64,000 nucleotides of DNA from Tubiluchus corallicola (GCA_030141605.1 JAQGDQ010000216.1:1-64000); one strand, 5' to 3'; shown: positions 1 to 11,426, numbered from the stretch's first letter. Numbers and translations are program-made. The notes: generated by a model not told the origin, from the letters alone.

Positions 1-28
1 ACAAAATGTTGCAGTATCGTTATTTTTG

Positions 29-508
29 CTAGTATATTTCCTTTTCAAAAAATACACGTGTAACACCTAAATCTTCTTCAAGTTTTTCAGCAACGATTTT
101 CCAATCATTTTTTTCATAGAATCCAACTGCTTGCTTGTTTTCTTTGAAAGTCTCAAGCTTTAGTAATTTATTCCCATCTGCAATCATCTTCTCTTCTGCA
201 AATTGCAAGAGTTTAGACCCAAGCCCCCTACCCTGAACACTACTGTCAATCATCATTATATGGACAAAATTATCAAAAAACACATTGTAGCCAACAATAT
301 TATTTCCTATCCTCATTACGTAGCAGTTATCAAAATTTATCGTAATCTCCTTATCAACTTCGCCGCTATTAATATACCCCTCAATTGCCTCTTGAGAGAA
401 AAACACTTTATAATTTTCTCTGATCACTTTCTTTGCTAGTAACTGAACAGCTTCTAGATCTTTGTTTTCTATTTTTCCAAAAATATATTTGATTTTATTG
501 TTCTTCAT
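29..508 (-). CDS. GNAT family N-acetyltransferase
   Basis: 159-aa ORF with acetyl-CoA binding motif VQGRGLGSKLL and C-terminal N..AVGFYEKNDW. Confidence 0.85.
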   Translation of the reverse strand: MKNNKIKYIFGKIENKDLEAVQLLAKKVIRENYKVFFSQEAIEGYINSGEVDKEITINFDNCYVMRIGNNIVGYNVFFDNFVHIMMIDSSVQGRGLGSKLLQFAEEKMIADGNKLLKLETFKENKQAVGFYEKNDWKIVAEKLEEDLGVTRVFFEKEIY

Positions 509-937
509 ATTTGATCTATAATTTTTTACTCAAGTTTTCTTACTAGTGATTGATTTTAACCGATATAATACACGCATATATACCATATAAAGTAGCATCA
601 TATTTATGAGAAGTAGTTTATCAAAATACAATAAGAGTGGATAACACGATCCAACGCCTACCTCTTCCTGTTTTCAGTTTTAGTGTCAAGAAGACCGAAT
701 AAAAGTCAACTATATTCAACCCGGCAAGCCAGCACAAAAAGTGTAGTGAAAACTGTATAATTTAGAGCGCAACTAGTAAGGTGAGCTTTCAGATCAAACA
801 AGTATATTATTGCCATGTTAATACAAGCGGTATTCTCACACAGCTCAATAAACTACTTACAAACACAGTACTTCCTAACATGCTGATATGCATTGATGCT
901 AAAATGTATAGTACCTCCCGGATGCGATAGCACCCTT

Positions 938-2245
938 TTACAGTTCACGCCTGATGCTGGCTCCCAATTGGTTCAGCCTTAAGTCGATCTCTTCATATCC
1001 CCTGTCAATTTGCTCAATATTCTCTACCACAGAGACGCCGTCAGCAGAGAGGGCGGCAATAAGAAGCGCAACTCCTGCTCTTATGTCAGGAGATGCTATT
1101 CGTGTGGAGCGAAGCTTATATCTTCTGTCTACCCCTATCACTGTAGCTCTATGTGGATCACATAATATTATCTGTGCCCCCATATCTATGAGCTTATCAA
1201 CAAAAAACAGGCGACTCTCAAACATCTTTTGGTGAATCAATACACTTCCTTTTGCCTGTATAGATACCACAAGAAATATACTTAATAGATCAGGAGTCAG
1301 CCCCGGCCACGGGGCATCAGATATTGTCATTATAGAGCCATCAATAAAAGATTCTATTTCATAACTTTTATGAGATGGAATAAATATGTCATTGCCCCTC
1401 TTCTCCAGTTTTACTCCAATCTTCCTGAATGAGTCCGGGATAACACCGAGTGTATTATAAGCAATATTTTTAAGAGTAATTTCTGAAGCCGTCATTGCTG
1501 CAAGCCCTATAATGCTGCCTGCTTCAACCATATCTGGCAGTATAGTATGGCTACAACCTGACAGCTCACCCACTCCATTGATAGACAGCAAATTGGAGCC
1601 TATTCCTTTAATTTTAGCGCCCATTGATGTAAGCATAAGACAAAGCTGCTGAACGTATGGCTCACACGCTGCATTATATATTGTAGTAACTCCCTCTGCC
1701 ATAACGGCTGCCATTATCAAATTAGCAGTACCGGTTACTGATGCTTCGTCAAGCAATAGATAAGTGCCTGACAGCTTACTGGCTGCTACCTCATAATAGT
1801 TTTTTTGGAAGTTGAAGTGAAAGCTCGCCCCCATTTTTTGGAAGCCCAGAAAGTGGGTATCCAGTCGCCTCCTGCCAATTTTGTCTCCTCCCGGCCGAGG
1901 AATAATACCTCTCCCAAAGCGTGACAAAAGCGGACCGATAATCATAATAGAGCCTCTCAGGCCAATAGCCTGATTAAAAAACCCGGGACTATTTAAATAA
2001 TCTGTATCAATGTTGTCAGCTTTAAATGAATACCTCCCTTTCTCCTCTCTCTCTATTGATACTCCCAGGTTTCGAAGCATCTCAATAAGCTTTACTACAT
2101 CCCGTATTTCCGGAATATTATTTATTGTAACTTTCTGGTCTGTAAGAATTGTTGCGCATATAACCTGTAACGCCTCGTTTTTGGCTCCCTGTACAGTAAA
2201 GTCCCCTTGTAGTTGCTTGCCTCCTTCAATTACAAAACGTGCCAT
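938..2245 (-). CDS. murA: UDP-N-acetylglucosamine 1-carboxyvinyltransferase
   Basis: GAKNEAL, LRGS, PGGDKIGRR (Asp at the usual Cys position), ASVTGTAN, SPDIRAG and IDRGYE motifs. Confidence 0.96.
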   Translation of the reverse strand: MARFVIEGGKQLQGDFTVQGAKNEALQVICATILTDQKVTINNIPEIRDVVKLIEMLRNLGVSIEREEKGRYSFKADNIDTDYLNSPGFFNQAIGLRGSIMIIGPLLSRFGRGIIPRPGGDKIGRRRLDTHFLGFQKMGASFHFNFQKNYYEVAASKLSGTYLLLDEASVTGTANLIMAAVMAEGVTTIYNAACEPYVQQLCLMLTSMGAKIKGIGSNLLSINGVGELSGCSHTILPDMVEAGSIIGLAAMTASEITLKNIAYNTLGVIPDSFRKIGVKLEKRGNDIFIPSHKSYEIESFIDGSIMTISDAPWPGLTPDLLSIFLVVSIQAKGSVLIHQKMFESRLFFVDKLIDMGAQIILCDPHRATVIGVDRRYKLRSTRIASPDIRAGVALLIAALSADGVSVVENIEQIDRGYEEIDLRLNQLGASIRREL

Positions 2246-2251
2246 TAGGCC

Positions 2252-2863
2252 TTACTTGTTTTTACGGCCATGTCCGTGTTGTCCTCCCCTCCCCTTCTTC
2301 TTTCCATTTTTAAGAAGATCTTTAGTTTCTGTCAACTGAATAGTTTTGTCTGGAGATATTGCTCCGCTGGAAAGGCCCTCAATATCTTTAAATATCCTGC
2401 TATCATCCACCGAGTCTTTATTCCATAGCAGAAGAGACTTCTTCATGTGGTTGGCTAGCAGCTCTACAAGCGTGTTCTGTTCAGGTTTATTATTTTCAAA
2501 ATCAGATGCCTTTTTGAGCATCTTTTCCATAAGTTTACCATAATGACGGTATTTAATGCGGGTGCGATCATACGGCATTGGTTTGGGCTTTTTCGCAAAC
2601 GTTTCAGGTTTAGGCGGGTCGCAGGGGTAGTCAATATCTGCTTTGAAGTCAGACATTATTGCTATGTGATCCCATAGTTTATGCTTGAAGTCGTTTACAT
2701 CCCTTAAGTATGGATGCATGTTGCCCATTATTTCTATTATTTGGTTAGCAGCACGGTTCCGCTCTTCACGATCTTTGATAGCAACCATATAATCCACCAT
2801 TTTGTGAATATTCCTCCCATATTCCGGAAGTTTAAGCTTTTTGCGATTTGAATTGTAATTCAT
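2252..2863 (-). CDS. DUF4290 domain protein
   Basis: MNYN..RKKLKLPEYGRNI and HKLWDH motifs; usual Bacteroidota neighbour upstream of murA. Confidence 0.85.
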   Translation of the reverse strand: MNYNSNRKKLKLPEYGRNIHKMVDYMVAIKDREERNRAANQIIEIMGNMHPYLRDVNDFKHKLWDHIAIMSDFKADIDYPCDPPKPETFAKKPKPMPYDRTRIKYRHYGKLMEKMLKKASDFENNKPEQNTLVELLANHMKKSLLLWNKDSVDDSRIFKDIEGLSSGAISPDKTIQLTETKDLLKNGKKKGRGGQHGHGRKNK

Positions 2864-2938
2864 GCTAATATTTAAATTGTCAACAGATAAAAAGATAATA
2901 TTTTAATAGTAATGTTCTGCTAATAAAAATTAGGAGCT

Positions 2939-3073
2939 GAGGCCTTTGAATGAAAAACTCATCTTTTTACTTAAATATTTTTCATCAAAATCCTCACTTA
3001 CATCAATAAACTACGGCTTATATCGATTTTTTTCCTCAATCTAAACCAAAATGCTCCGCCTTGCAAAGGACTC
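2939..3073 (+). repeat. MITE-like dispersed element, copy A
   Basis: Ends GAGGCCTTTG...CAAAGGACTC (9/10 inverted match); internal CATCAAAATCCTC and TTTTCCTCAATCTAAACCAAAAT blocks shared with other copies. Confidence 0.75.
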
Positions 3074-3763
3074 GTTGTAATTTTTAAATAATACTTTTAA
3101 ACTTTAAAGAGTCGGATAGATAGTTTTTAAATAAATCTTTTTTAATAATTGCCTCTACAACAGAAATAAGAGAATTTATTCAGGAGTTTTACATCCGCAA
3201 AGTTAACAGTTTTCAATAATTTAACCAATGTAAAATATGTAATAATTAAGTATTTTAATGCTATTCTTCTTACAATCAGCGCATTAACGATACAATAAAA
3301 ATTACAGATATTAAGTTTTACCCATAGCACTTGCTGTGTGCAGGATATAGATGCAAAAAGCAATCTACATTCAATGAATATTTTCTCAAACCTCGCTGAC
3401 ACACAGGTGCATACACATACTCAGGATTAACTATAGCGCGGTAGGAGTTTCGCTCCTAAAGTAGAATTGTTTATCTTTAGAGTGCTATTAGTGCAGATTT
3501 GACATAGTGAGTATGGCGTAAAAATTTACGGAAGTTGAAACTGAAAAATATAAAGTAAAACTTCCATTTATAGCAAAATAAAGAAAATTTATCTCAGTAA
3601 AAATTACTTATGTTTTATATTTTATTTTATTTTTGCCCCTGAATATTTGCAATAACGGCACAACCAACTACAATAATTTACCTGTTTTAACTGTTGTAGT
3701 CTTTGTTAAAAGTATACTGCTTACTTTTAAAACTGAAAATTGTTATATTAGAATCAGAAAAAA

Positions 3764-4915
3764 ATGAAATCGCAAAAGTGGTATTTTTTAAAAGTTTGTG
3801 TATTTCTGTTCTTTTGTGAGGCTCATGGGCAATCATATATAGGGGAGAACGTCTATATGACGAATGTGGTTATGAGTGATGATGTTAACATTGTGAATAG
3901 TGATGCTGACGAGAGTTTGACGATTGTTGTAGATAACGATACAGTTCAGGGGTTTGATAATGCCAGACTGTTAGGAGAAGGCGAGATATCATTTTCAGGC
4001 AACAAGTTTGCTTTCAATAACCTAGAAGTCAATTGCGGCGCTGTGAATTTCAATGGGGACAGTTTACAGGTTGCAGATTACCTTAATCTTACTAAAGGGG
4101 TGGTTTTTATGAAAGACCAAAGCATTCTTATTGTTGATAGCGATATTGAGAGTGCCGTTAGCAACGGGAGTGACAAATCTTACGTAAATGGGAAGATGAA
4201 AAGAAGGGTATCAGCACCTACTCAAGGCCAAGGCGATAGAGAGTATATGTTTCCTACTGGAGATAATGAGACCTTCCAGCCGGTAAGAATTACTACCTCA
4301 GAAACAGGCTCTCCTGACAGTATTACCTGCGAATTTATTAACGCCGCCCTTGCAGGCGAAATACCAGATACAGATAAGTTTAATCATATATCGAGAGGAT
4401 ACTGGAGAATATCTGCCACGGACAGAACCGGAATGCCTAGTAATGAGTCATTTACCCCAGGCCTATTTTTAGATATAAGCGATCTAAGCTTACAAAAATA
4501 CCCTATTGCATTTTATCTGCCGGAGTCTGACGCGAGCTGGTTAATCAGTAGTCACACCATAGGGAGTACAGATAACTTTTTCGTTTATGAAAATGATGTA
4601 AACAAGGCTTCTTCTGGAGATTATACATTATTTTTACGCACCGCAATTAATGTTTTTGACGGGGTTAATAATATCGTCATACAGCGAGAAGGAAATCCCT
4701 ATTTGGTATTTAATTTTAAGTATGAGATGGAGGGAGTCAGCCTTATTTTATTTGACAGATCAGGAAGGCGTATTTATTCTACGGACAACTACCAGAACAA
4801 TTTCAACATGGCATTGCTCCCGCTAGGCACCTATTTTTACGTAATGGAGGTATCTGATCAGGATCTTGGCAATTATATATATAAATCTTTCGTAGATGTT
4901 GTACGTTCACGATGA
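3764..4915 (+). CDS. Secreted protein with T9SS type B (gliding motility-associated) C-terminal sorting domain
   Basis: Signal peptide; C-terminus LILFDRSGRRIYSTDNYQN...LPLGTYFYV...FVDVVR resembles a type B CTD; followed by a PorP/SprF gene. Confidence 0.75.
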   Translation: MKSQKWYFLKVCVFLFFCEAHGQSYIGENVYMTNVVMSDDVNIVNSDADESLTIVVDNDTVQGFDNARLLGEGEISFSGNKFAFNNLEVNCGAVNFNGDSLQVADYLNLTKGVVFMKDQSILIVDSDIESAVSNGSDKSYVNGKMKRRVSAPTQGQGDREYMFPTGDNETFQPVRITTSETGSPDSITCEFINAALAGEIPDTDKFNHISRGYWRISATDRTGMPSNESFTPGLFLDISDLSLQKYPIAFYLPESDASWLISSHTIGSTDNFFVYENDVNKASSGDYTLFLRTAINVFDGVNNIVIQREGNPYLVFNFKYEMEGVSLILFDRSGRRIYSTDNYQNNFNMALLPLGTYFYVMEVSDQDLGNYIYKSFVDVVRSR

Positions 4916-4922
4916 TAGTTTT

Positions 4923-5918
4923 ATGTGGCAGAAAAAGAAGGTGATATCAATAAGATGGATAGCTGCTTCCATCGCTCTGTGCCTGGGGCTCCTGCCTAAG
5001 AGTGCAAAAAGCCAGGAGACACCTCTTTTCACACAGATAATGAGGAATATTGAGTACATTAATCCCGCTTATAACGCTCATAGTGTCTTTTTTTCTGCTT
5101 CTGTATCAGTCAAAAACCAGTGGGCCGGCTTTGTTGGAGCCCCATCAATCTTGGCGGCAGTAGTGAATATTCCTTCACCAAGGTTTAGCGATGTTCCTAT
5201 CTCTTTTGGAGGAGGTGTATGGCATGAAGCGATTGGCCTCAGACAGACGACAAACTTTTTTGCTGAGACCAGAGCAACTGTCTGGCTTTCCAATAGATGG
5301 ATCGGTGGTGTGGGTATCCGCCTTGGAGGGGAGCATATGTTCCTAACCAAAGACTTGGCAATGGGATCGCACAATGAAGATTATTCTGAATACGATTTTG
5401 ACTATTTTGCACCAACAGGCGGGTTTGGTTTAATTCTATTTTCTGATTACCTTCTTACATCGTTGGGTGCAACAACATTGTATGAATATTCCTCTGATGG
5501 AGCCTGGTTCCGACCCGAATTTAGTTTTTATGGAGCAGGAATGTTAAGACTCGGGCGTTGGCAAAACAGCGGTTTTATTTTTAAACCAACAGTGCTTTGG
5601 CGATACAGGAGTGATATAAAGGACTGGGTTGATGACGACGGGGTGTTTGGCCACGGTTCTATTTTTGATTTTGCAGCAAATGTTATTTATGATGATGCCT
5701 GGTGGCTTGGAGTTAGCTATCGCCCGCAGGAGTTCATGGGACTGACTGTAGGTATGCCTATAACACAGGCAGTTAGAATTGCATACTCGTATGATTTCCC
5801 TGTAGGAGGTAATTTTCAAAGCAAGATTGGAAGTAACTCCCATGAGTTTACAATTACATACACTCTGGTAAAAAAACTACAGAGCATACAGAAGTATAAC
5901 TGGGGGATAACGAGGTAG
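4923..5918 (+). CDS. PorP/SprF family type IX secretion outer-membrane protein
   Basis: Q.TPLFTQ...INPAY, NQWAGFVGAP, WLGVSYR, IAYSYD and SHEFTITY motifs; start set at ATG 4923 (track ORF begins 4896). Confidence 0.88.
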   Translation: MWQKKKVISIRWIAASIALCLGLLPKSAKSQETPLFTQIMRNIEYINPAYNAHSVFFSASVSVKNQWAGFVGAPSILAAVVNIPSPRFSDVPISFGGGVWHEAIGLRQTTNFFAETRATVWLSNRWIGGVGIRLGGEHMFLTKDLAMGSHNEDYSEYDFDYFAPTGGFGLILFSDYLLTSLGATTLYEYSSDGAWFRPEFSFYGAGMLRLGRWQNSGFIFKPTVLWRYRSDIKDWVDDDGVFGHGSIFDFAANVIYDDAWWLGVSYRPQEFMGLTVGMPITQAVRIAYSYDFPVGGNFQSKIGSNSHEFTITYTLVKKLQSIQKYNWGITR

Positions 5919-6037
5919 GCTCAGGCGAGAGGTAATGAAAGTATTTAGCTGTTTGGATAGCTTAAGTGAGAATGGAATTCGTATATTTGATTAAAATTAT
6001 AGAATAGAAATAACTAAATGATTAAAAAATTTAAGCA

Positions 6038-6763
6038 ATGATTGCACAAGGTTTTTTTAAAAGAATAGGGGTGGGCATTGTTTTGCTTTTAGTGCTTTGC
6101 AATATTAATGGCTATGGACAAGATGGCAGAGGTGTATCTATAGGAAAGAACGGCGAAAAGCCCTTTAAGCACGCCATGCTGGATGTAGTCAGTATTAATA
6201 AAGGTGTTTTGGTTCCAAGAATGACAACAGCGGAAAGAGAAAATATTTTGTTTGGTGCGAACAATGACGATAAGACAGATTCTGACGGACTACTGGTCTA
6301 TGACACTAACTTCGGTGAGTTTTACTACTATTCATATCATCAGGATGAGTGGATGAATATGTCTTCCACAGCTAGTGGAGGAAGTGGTTCAACAGAAGAG
6401 GTGTACTTTTTGGCACTGGATGACAACTTTAATTTTGAGACTACCATGCCCGCAGATTTTGATCTTTCAACTTATAATACTCTGTCCAATCAATATGCAA
6501 ATATTGGTGAAATGACAGAAGTCGACATAGTATTTGCTAGCTACACAAGTGGTCAGTATTTATCAATAGCAATACCAAACCACTGGCCAGCACCACGAAT
6601 AAAGGTTCAGTTAAGCAATGTTATAACGTATTTTTTCACTATAGAAGGGTGTTGGAGAGTCTACCAGGAAGTTGAGCACAATAATAAAAAGTATCAGGTG
6701 TGGGTTTCGGACATACCTCTGGGAAATGCTATGTCTAGCACTCCTACAATGAGAATTGAATAA
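6038..6763 (+). CDS. Exported hypothetical protein with Bacteroidota AMLDV.S.NKG.L.PRMT N-terminal module
   Basis: Signal peptide, then VSIG...AMLDVVSINKGVLVPRMTTAER...GLLVYDT...FYYY, a Ser/Gly linker and an unrecognised C-terminal domain; TATATTTG -7 element at 5982-5989. Confidence 0.7.
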   Translation: MIAQGFFKRIGVGIVLLLVLCNINGYGQDGRGVSIGKNGEKPFKHAMLDVVSINKGVLVPRMTTAERENILFGANNDDKTDSDGLLVYDTNFGEFYYYSYHQDEWMNMSSTASGGSGSTEEVYFLALDDNFNFETTMPADFDLSTYNTLSNQYANIGEMTEVDIVFASYTSGQYLSIAIPNHWPAPRIKVQLSNVITYFFTIEGCWRVYQEVEHNNKKYQVWVSDIPLGNAMSSTPTMRIE

Positions 6764-6864
6764 AGTATTTCTAATACACGCATATGTAAAGAGTACTTTA
6801 GAGAATCTCAGCATTAAACTTTGTTTTTAAATGTCTTCATGCCGAGTATTTTTTGCTATTTATT

Positions 6865-6978
6865 GAAGCCTTTGCAAAGCAATGTATTTTGGTTCAAACT
6901 GAGGAAAAATTCGAATGAAAAGCTGCTTTTGAGGATTTTGAAGATAAATAATAAAAAGATAAGTTTTGCAAAGGCCTT
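6865..6978 (-). repeat. MITE-like dispersed element, copy B
   Basis: GAAGCCTTTGCAAA...TTTGCAAAGGCCTT inverted ends (12/14); its reverse complement aligns with copy A. Confidence 0.8.
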
Positions 6979-7101
6979 ACATCAAAAGTCCGCTTATTCT
7001 TACCGCTTCTACATTATTTTATAAACATATCTGAGCGACTCTTAAACGGCAGTTGTCATCTCTTTTTTCTGCTCTAGATTTTAATCCTATCAACTTTTGT
7101 A

Positions 7102-7109
7102 TACTTTTG
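7102..7109 (+). promoter_or_regulatory. Putative Bacteroidota sigma-70 -7 element for secA
   Basis: TACTTTTG matches TAnnTTTG, 52 nt upstream of the secA ATG. Confidence 0.45.
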
Positions 7110-7161
7110 TTGGGTGTTGTCGGTTTGAGAGAGGAATAAAAACGCGTAATATATTGTTGCA

Positions 7162-10100
7162 ATGTCAATTATAAATGCCATTTTAACAAAGCTTTTTGGT
7201 AATAAGTCAGAGAAGGACATAAAGGAGGTAATGCCTGTTGTTGAAGAGGTGTTGAGAGAATATGATCGGCTTGCAGACCTTAGTAATGATATGCTCCGTG
7301 AAGAGACGAACATACTGAGAGAAAAAATAAAGAAGCATATAAAGAGTGATGAGGAAGAGATAGCAGAACTAGAAAGCAAGATAGAAATCGGTAAGGTTCC
7401 CCTTGAAGAGAGCGAGAAATTATATAACCGTATTGATAAGCTTAATGAAACTATAGATGAGAAACTGGAAGTGATACTGAATGAGGTATTGCCTACAGCT
7501 TTTGCTATAGTAAAGACAACGGCATATCGCTTTGCGGAGAATAGCTCTATAGAGGTTAAGGCTAATGATTTTGATCGCCAGTTGGCAGCAAGCAAAGAGA
7601 ATGTCCATATAAAAGGAGATAAAGCTATTTATCTTAATGAGTGGATTGCAGGCGGGAATAGCCAAGTTTGGAACATGGTGCATTACGATGTGCAACTGGT
7701 AGGAGGCGCTGTTTTGCACAGTGGGAAAATAGCAGAGATGGCAACAGGTGAGGGTAAAACACTGGCTGCTACGCTACCCGTATTTCTTAATGCTTTAACC
7801 GGGCGGGGTGTGCATGTGGTAACGGTCAACGATTACCTGGCAAAACGCGACTCTGAGTGGATGGGACCTATATTTGAGTTTCACAGCCTCTCTGTTGGCT
7901 GCATAGACAAACACACACCCAACTCAGAGGAGCGACGCGCAGCCTACAATGCCGATATCACTTATGGAACTAATAACGAGTTTGGATTTGATTACCTGAG
8001 AGATAATATGGCTGTTGAGCCTGACAGCCTTGTGCAGCGCAAGCACTATTACTCTATTGTGGATGAGGTTGACTCTGTATTGATAGATGATGCCCGTACG
8101 CCTCTAATTATATCCGGTCCTGTTCCCAGAGGAGATAACCAGCTTTTCGATGAGCTAAAAACACCTGTAGAGAGACTGGTGAAAGTGCAACGTGATTTAG
8201 TGAGTAAATTACTTGTTTCGGCAAAAAAGAAAATGCAGTCGGGTGACAAGAAAGAGCAAGAGGAGGGAACATTGTTGCTGTATCGTGCTTACAAAGGGTT
8301 ACCCAAGCATAAACCTCTTATACGTTTTCTGAGTGAGGAGGGTATTAAGGCAAAAATGCTCAAGACGGAGAACTTCTATATGCAGAATAACAACAAGGAT
8401 ATGCATATAGTTACTGACCCGTTATATTTTGTTATAGAGGAGAAGCAAAATTCCGTAGATCTTACTGATAATGGGGTTGAGGTCTTGTCAAAAGATAACA
8501 AAGACTCCGGTTTTTTTATTTTGCCTGATGTGGGAGCAGAGGTTGCACTTATAGAGAGTGACACCTCTCTTTCTGATGCGAATAGGGCAGAACGCAAGGA
8601 TGCACTCTTGCAGGATTACTCTATAAAATCCGAAAGAGTACACACTGTAAACCAGCTACTTAAGGCAAACACCATGTTTGAGAAGGATGTGGAGTATGTG
8701 GTTATGGACAATAAAGTTAAGATTGTTGATGAGCAGACAGGACGTATCATGGAAGGAAGGCGCTATTCAGACGGACTTCACCAGGCAATAGAGGCTAAAG
8801 AGCGAGTACAGGTGGAGGCGGCAACACAGACTTTTGCGACCATAACATTGCAGAACTATTTCAGAATGTACCATAAGCTTGCGGGTATGACAGGTACTGC
8901 TGAAACTGAAGCTGGGGAGCTCTGGAACATATATAAGCTTGAGGTTGTAGTAATTCCTACTAATAAAGATATCATACGTTCAGACCATGAGGATCTGGTA
9001 TATAAAACCAGAAAGGAAAAATACACGGCTATTATAGATGGAGTTACATCTCTCAATAAAAAAGGCAGGCCTGTGCTGGTAGGTACCACCTCTGTAGAGG
9101 TTTCGGAACTGCTAAGTCGTATGCTTAAGATGCGTGGAGTAAAGCATCAGGTGCTGAATGCCAAGCTGCATCAGCGTGAAGCAGACATAGTTGCAGGTGC
9201 AGGCAAGAGGGGTGCTGTAACTATTGCAACAAATATGGCGGGGCGAGGTACTGATATTAAATTGGATGATGAGGTTAAATCACTGGGAGGATTGGCTATA
9301 ATAGGCACTGAGCGTCATGAGTCAAGGCGTGTAGACAGACAGTTGCGAGGGCGTTCCGGTCGCCAAGGAGACCCAGGGTCATCGCAGTTTTTTGTCTCTC
9401 TTGAAGATGACCTTATGCGCCTGTTTTCATCCGACAGGATAGTAGGAATAATGGATCGTCTGGGACTGGAAGATGGTGAAGTTATCCAGCACCGCATGAT
9501 ATCAAAGTCTATAGAGAGGGCACAGAAAAAAGTAGAGGAGAACAACTTTGGTATTCGTAAACGTCTTCTTGAGTATGATGATGTAATGAACTCCCAGCGA
9601 GAGGTGATTTACACAAAGCGTAAGCATGCTCTTTTCGGCGAACGCCTAGAGGTCGATATCCTTAATATGATGTTCGATACTGTAGAGGTCCTAATAGAAA
9701 AGTATCAGCAAATGGGGGCAGAGGGGTATGAAGGCTTTAAACTAGATCTATTGAGGGTGCTCTCACTGGACTCTCCGGTAGCAGAGGAGGAGTTTACCGG
9801 ACAAAGCACGGATAAAGTGTCTAAAATGGTTTATCGTGATGTGATAGACAATTTTACCCGAAAAGCAGATGCAATAGCTAAGCAAGCATTCCCGGTAATT
9901 AAGAATGTGTATGAGACAAAGGCACACCAGTATACCAATATAGTTGTGCCAATTACTGACGGACAACGAACATACAACATAGCAACAAACCTTGAAAAGG
10001 CTTATGAATCAGAGGGGTATGCCCTAGTTAAGGCATATCAGAAGCAGCTTATGCTGGCTATTATTGATGACTCGTGGAAGGAGCATCTTCGTGAGCTTGA

Positions 10101-10488
10101 CGATTTGCGTACATCTGTTCAGGCAGCAACTTATGAGCAGAAAGACCCCCTACTTATATATAAATTTGAGTCGTTTAATCTTTTCAAGGTTATGATGAAC
10201 AAGGTTAACCGCACAGTTGTTTCTACATTAATGAAAGGGCAAATTCCAATTAATGATCCTGCACAGGTAAGCGAAGCACCTGTAGGGCGCCGGGCTAGCC
10301 GGTTACGCTATCGTGAACAGAAGGGTGAAGCATCTGCAATGGGTAATGCCAGGGCATCACATTCAGGAGGCAGGCAGGCTGCCCAAAAGAGAGCGGAGCC
10401 TATACGCCAGGCTCCTAAAGTTGGACGAAATGAACCATGCCCATGCGGTAGCGGGAAAAAATATAAACAGTGTCATGGACGTGCGTAG
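7162..10488 (+). CDS. secA: Preprotein translocase subunit SecA
   Basis: [53 protein letters not shown] and C-terminal SEC-C motif [19 protein letters not shown]. Confidence 0.98.
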   Translation: MSIINAILTKLFGNKSEKDIKEVMPVVEEVLREYDRLADLSNDMLREETNILREKIKKHIKSDEEEIAELESKIEIGKVPLEESEKLYNRIDKLNETIDEKLEVILNEVLPTAFAIVKTTAYRFAENSSIEVKANDFDRQLAASKENVHIKGDKAIYLNEWIAGGNSQVWNMVHYDVQLVGGAVLHSGKIAEMATGEGKTLAATLPVFLNALTGRGVHVVTVNDYLAKRDSEWMGPIFEFHSLSVGCIDKHTPNSEERRAAYNADITYGTNNEFGFDYLRDNMAVEPDSLVQRKHYYSIVDEVDSVLIDDARTPLIISGPVPRGDNQLFDELKTPVERLVKVQRDLVSKLLVSAKKKMQSGDKKEQEEGTLLLYRAYKGLPKHKPLIRFLSEEGIKAKMLKTENFYMQNNNKDMHIVTDPLYFVIEEKQNSVDLTDNGVEVLSKDNKDSGFFILPDVGAEVALIESDTSLSDANRAERKDALLQDYSIKSERVHTVNQLLKANTMFEKDVEYVVMDNKVKIVDEQTGRIMEGRRYSDGLHQAIEAKERVQVEAATQTFATITLQNYFRMYHKLAGMTGTAETEAGELWNIYKLEVVVIPTNKDIIRSDHEDLVYKTRKEKYTAIIDGVTSLNKKGRPVLVGTTSVEVSELLSRMLKMRGVKHQVLNAKLHQREADIVAGAGKRGAVTIATNMAGRGTDIKLDDEVKSLGGLAIIGTERHESRRVDRQLRGRSGRQGDPGSSQFFVSLEDDLMRLFSSDRIVGIMDRLGLEDGEVIQHRMISKSIERAQKKVEENNFGIRKRLLEYDDVMNSQREVIYTKRKHALFGERLEVDILNMMFDTVEVLIEKYQQMGAEGYEGFKLDLLRVLSLDSPVAEEEFTGQSTDKVSKMVYRDVIDNFTRKADAIAKQAFPVIKNVYETKAHQYTNIVVPITDGQRTYNIATNLEKAYESEGYALVKAYQKQLMLAIIDDSWKEHLRELDDLRTSVQAATYEQKDPLLIYKFESFNLFKVMMNKVNRTVVSTLMKGQIPINDPAQVSEAPVGRRASRLRYREQKGEASAMGNARASHSGGRQAAQKRAEPIRQAPKVGRNEPCPCGSGKKYKQCHGRA

Positions 10489-10540
10489 GCAGGTGTAGCA
10501 CTAAAAAGATACCCTTTCAAAATATTTAAAAGAGTCGAAT

Positions 10541-11350
10541 ATGGATACGATACTTACTATTAACTGGAATGTTGACCCGGAGATATTTAGCTTTGGTAGA
10601 TTCTCCGTGCGCTGGTATGGTGTATTGTTCGCCATCGGGTTCCTTATCGGATATTATATTGAAGAGAGGATTTTAAAAAAGGAGGGGGCTCCTGCAAAGT
10701 GGCTTGACAGCCTTTTTATATACGTTCTTGTAGCAGCCGTTGTTGGAGCCAGGCTAGGACATGTGTTTTTTTACGGTTGGGATTATTATTCAAACAACTT
10801 GTCAGAGATTCCTAAAATATGGCATGGCGGACTGGCCAGCCACGGTGGAGCTATTGGAGTTGTTATCGCTATATGGATATATTCAAAGGTTGTGACAAAG
10901 CGCTCTATGCTTTGGACATTAGATCGGCTTGTAATTCCTGTTGCGATGACAGGGGCAATGATACGTATAGGTAACCTAATGAACTCTGAAATTTATGGCG
11001 TAGAAACCGCTCTCCCCTGGGGCGTTATATTTGAAAGGTGGAATGAAACCGTACCTAAGCACCCTACACAGATATATGAAGCGTTGTGTTACATAGCAAC
11101 TTTTGTTGCGCTAATGTTTGTCTTTTTCAGAGGAGGCGGCAGAAAAGACCGTCCCGGGTATATATTTGGGCTTTTCCTTTTGGGAATGTTCACTTCCAGA
11201 TTTATTATTGAATTTATTAAAGAAATTCAGGAGCCTTTTGAAGCTAATATGGTTTTAAACATGGGGCAAATACTGAGTATACCATTTATTTTATTAGGTA
11301 TAATATTACTGATAAATGCGGTGAAATCTCCTCCAAAATATTATAAATGA
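10541..11350 (+). CDS. lgt: Prolipoprotein diacylglyceryl transferase
   Basis: VRWYG, GARLGHV, GGLASHGG, RIGNLMNSEIYG and HPTQIYE motifs. Confidence 0.95.
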   Translation: MDTILTINWNVDPEIFSFGRFSVRWYGVLFAIGFLIGYYIEERILKKEGAPAKWLDSLFIYVLVAAVVGARLGHVFFYGWDYYSNNLSEIPKIWHGGLASHGGAIGVVIAIWIYSKVVTKRSMLWTLDRLVIPVAMTGAMIRIGNLMNSEIYGVETALPWGVIFERWNETVPKHPTQIYEALCYIATFVALMFVFFRGGGRKDRPGYIFGLFLLGMFTSRFIIEFIKEIQEPFEANMVLNMGQILSIPFILLGIILLINAVKSPPKYYK

Positions 11351-11357
11351 ATTTAGT

Positions 11358-11426
11358 GGGTCTTTCATCAAACTTTGGCTCAATCTGAACCAGACTCTTT
11401 TTACCATTACAAAGGCCTAAGGCCTC
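11358..11426 (+). repeat. MITE-like element, partial copy C with duplicated right end
   Basis: TTCATCAAACTTT..CTCAATCTGAACCAGAC...TTACAAAGGCCT-AAGGCCTC matches the right half of the family. Confidence 0.6.

Noticed and set aside
938-2245. MurA with Asp at the fosfomycin-reactive Cys position
   Set aside because: A natural variant common in Bacteroidota; it suggests intrinsic fosfomycin insensitivity but is not novel.
3142-3402. 86-aa ORF in the spacer upstream of the T9SS cassette
   Set aside because: GTG start, AT-rich low-information sequence and no motif.
566-6785. 14-bp match TAATACACGCATAT at 566 and 6772
   Set aside because: Short, AT-rich, without extended homology; compatible with chance.
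6821-7024. 67-aa ORF upstream of secA as a SecM-like peptide
   Set aside because: TTG start, no signal peptide or arrest motif, and it largely consists of MITE copy B.
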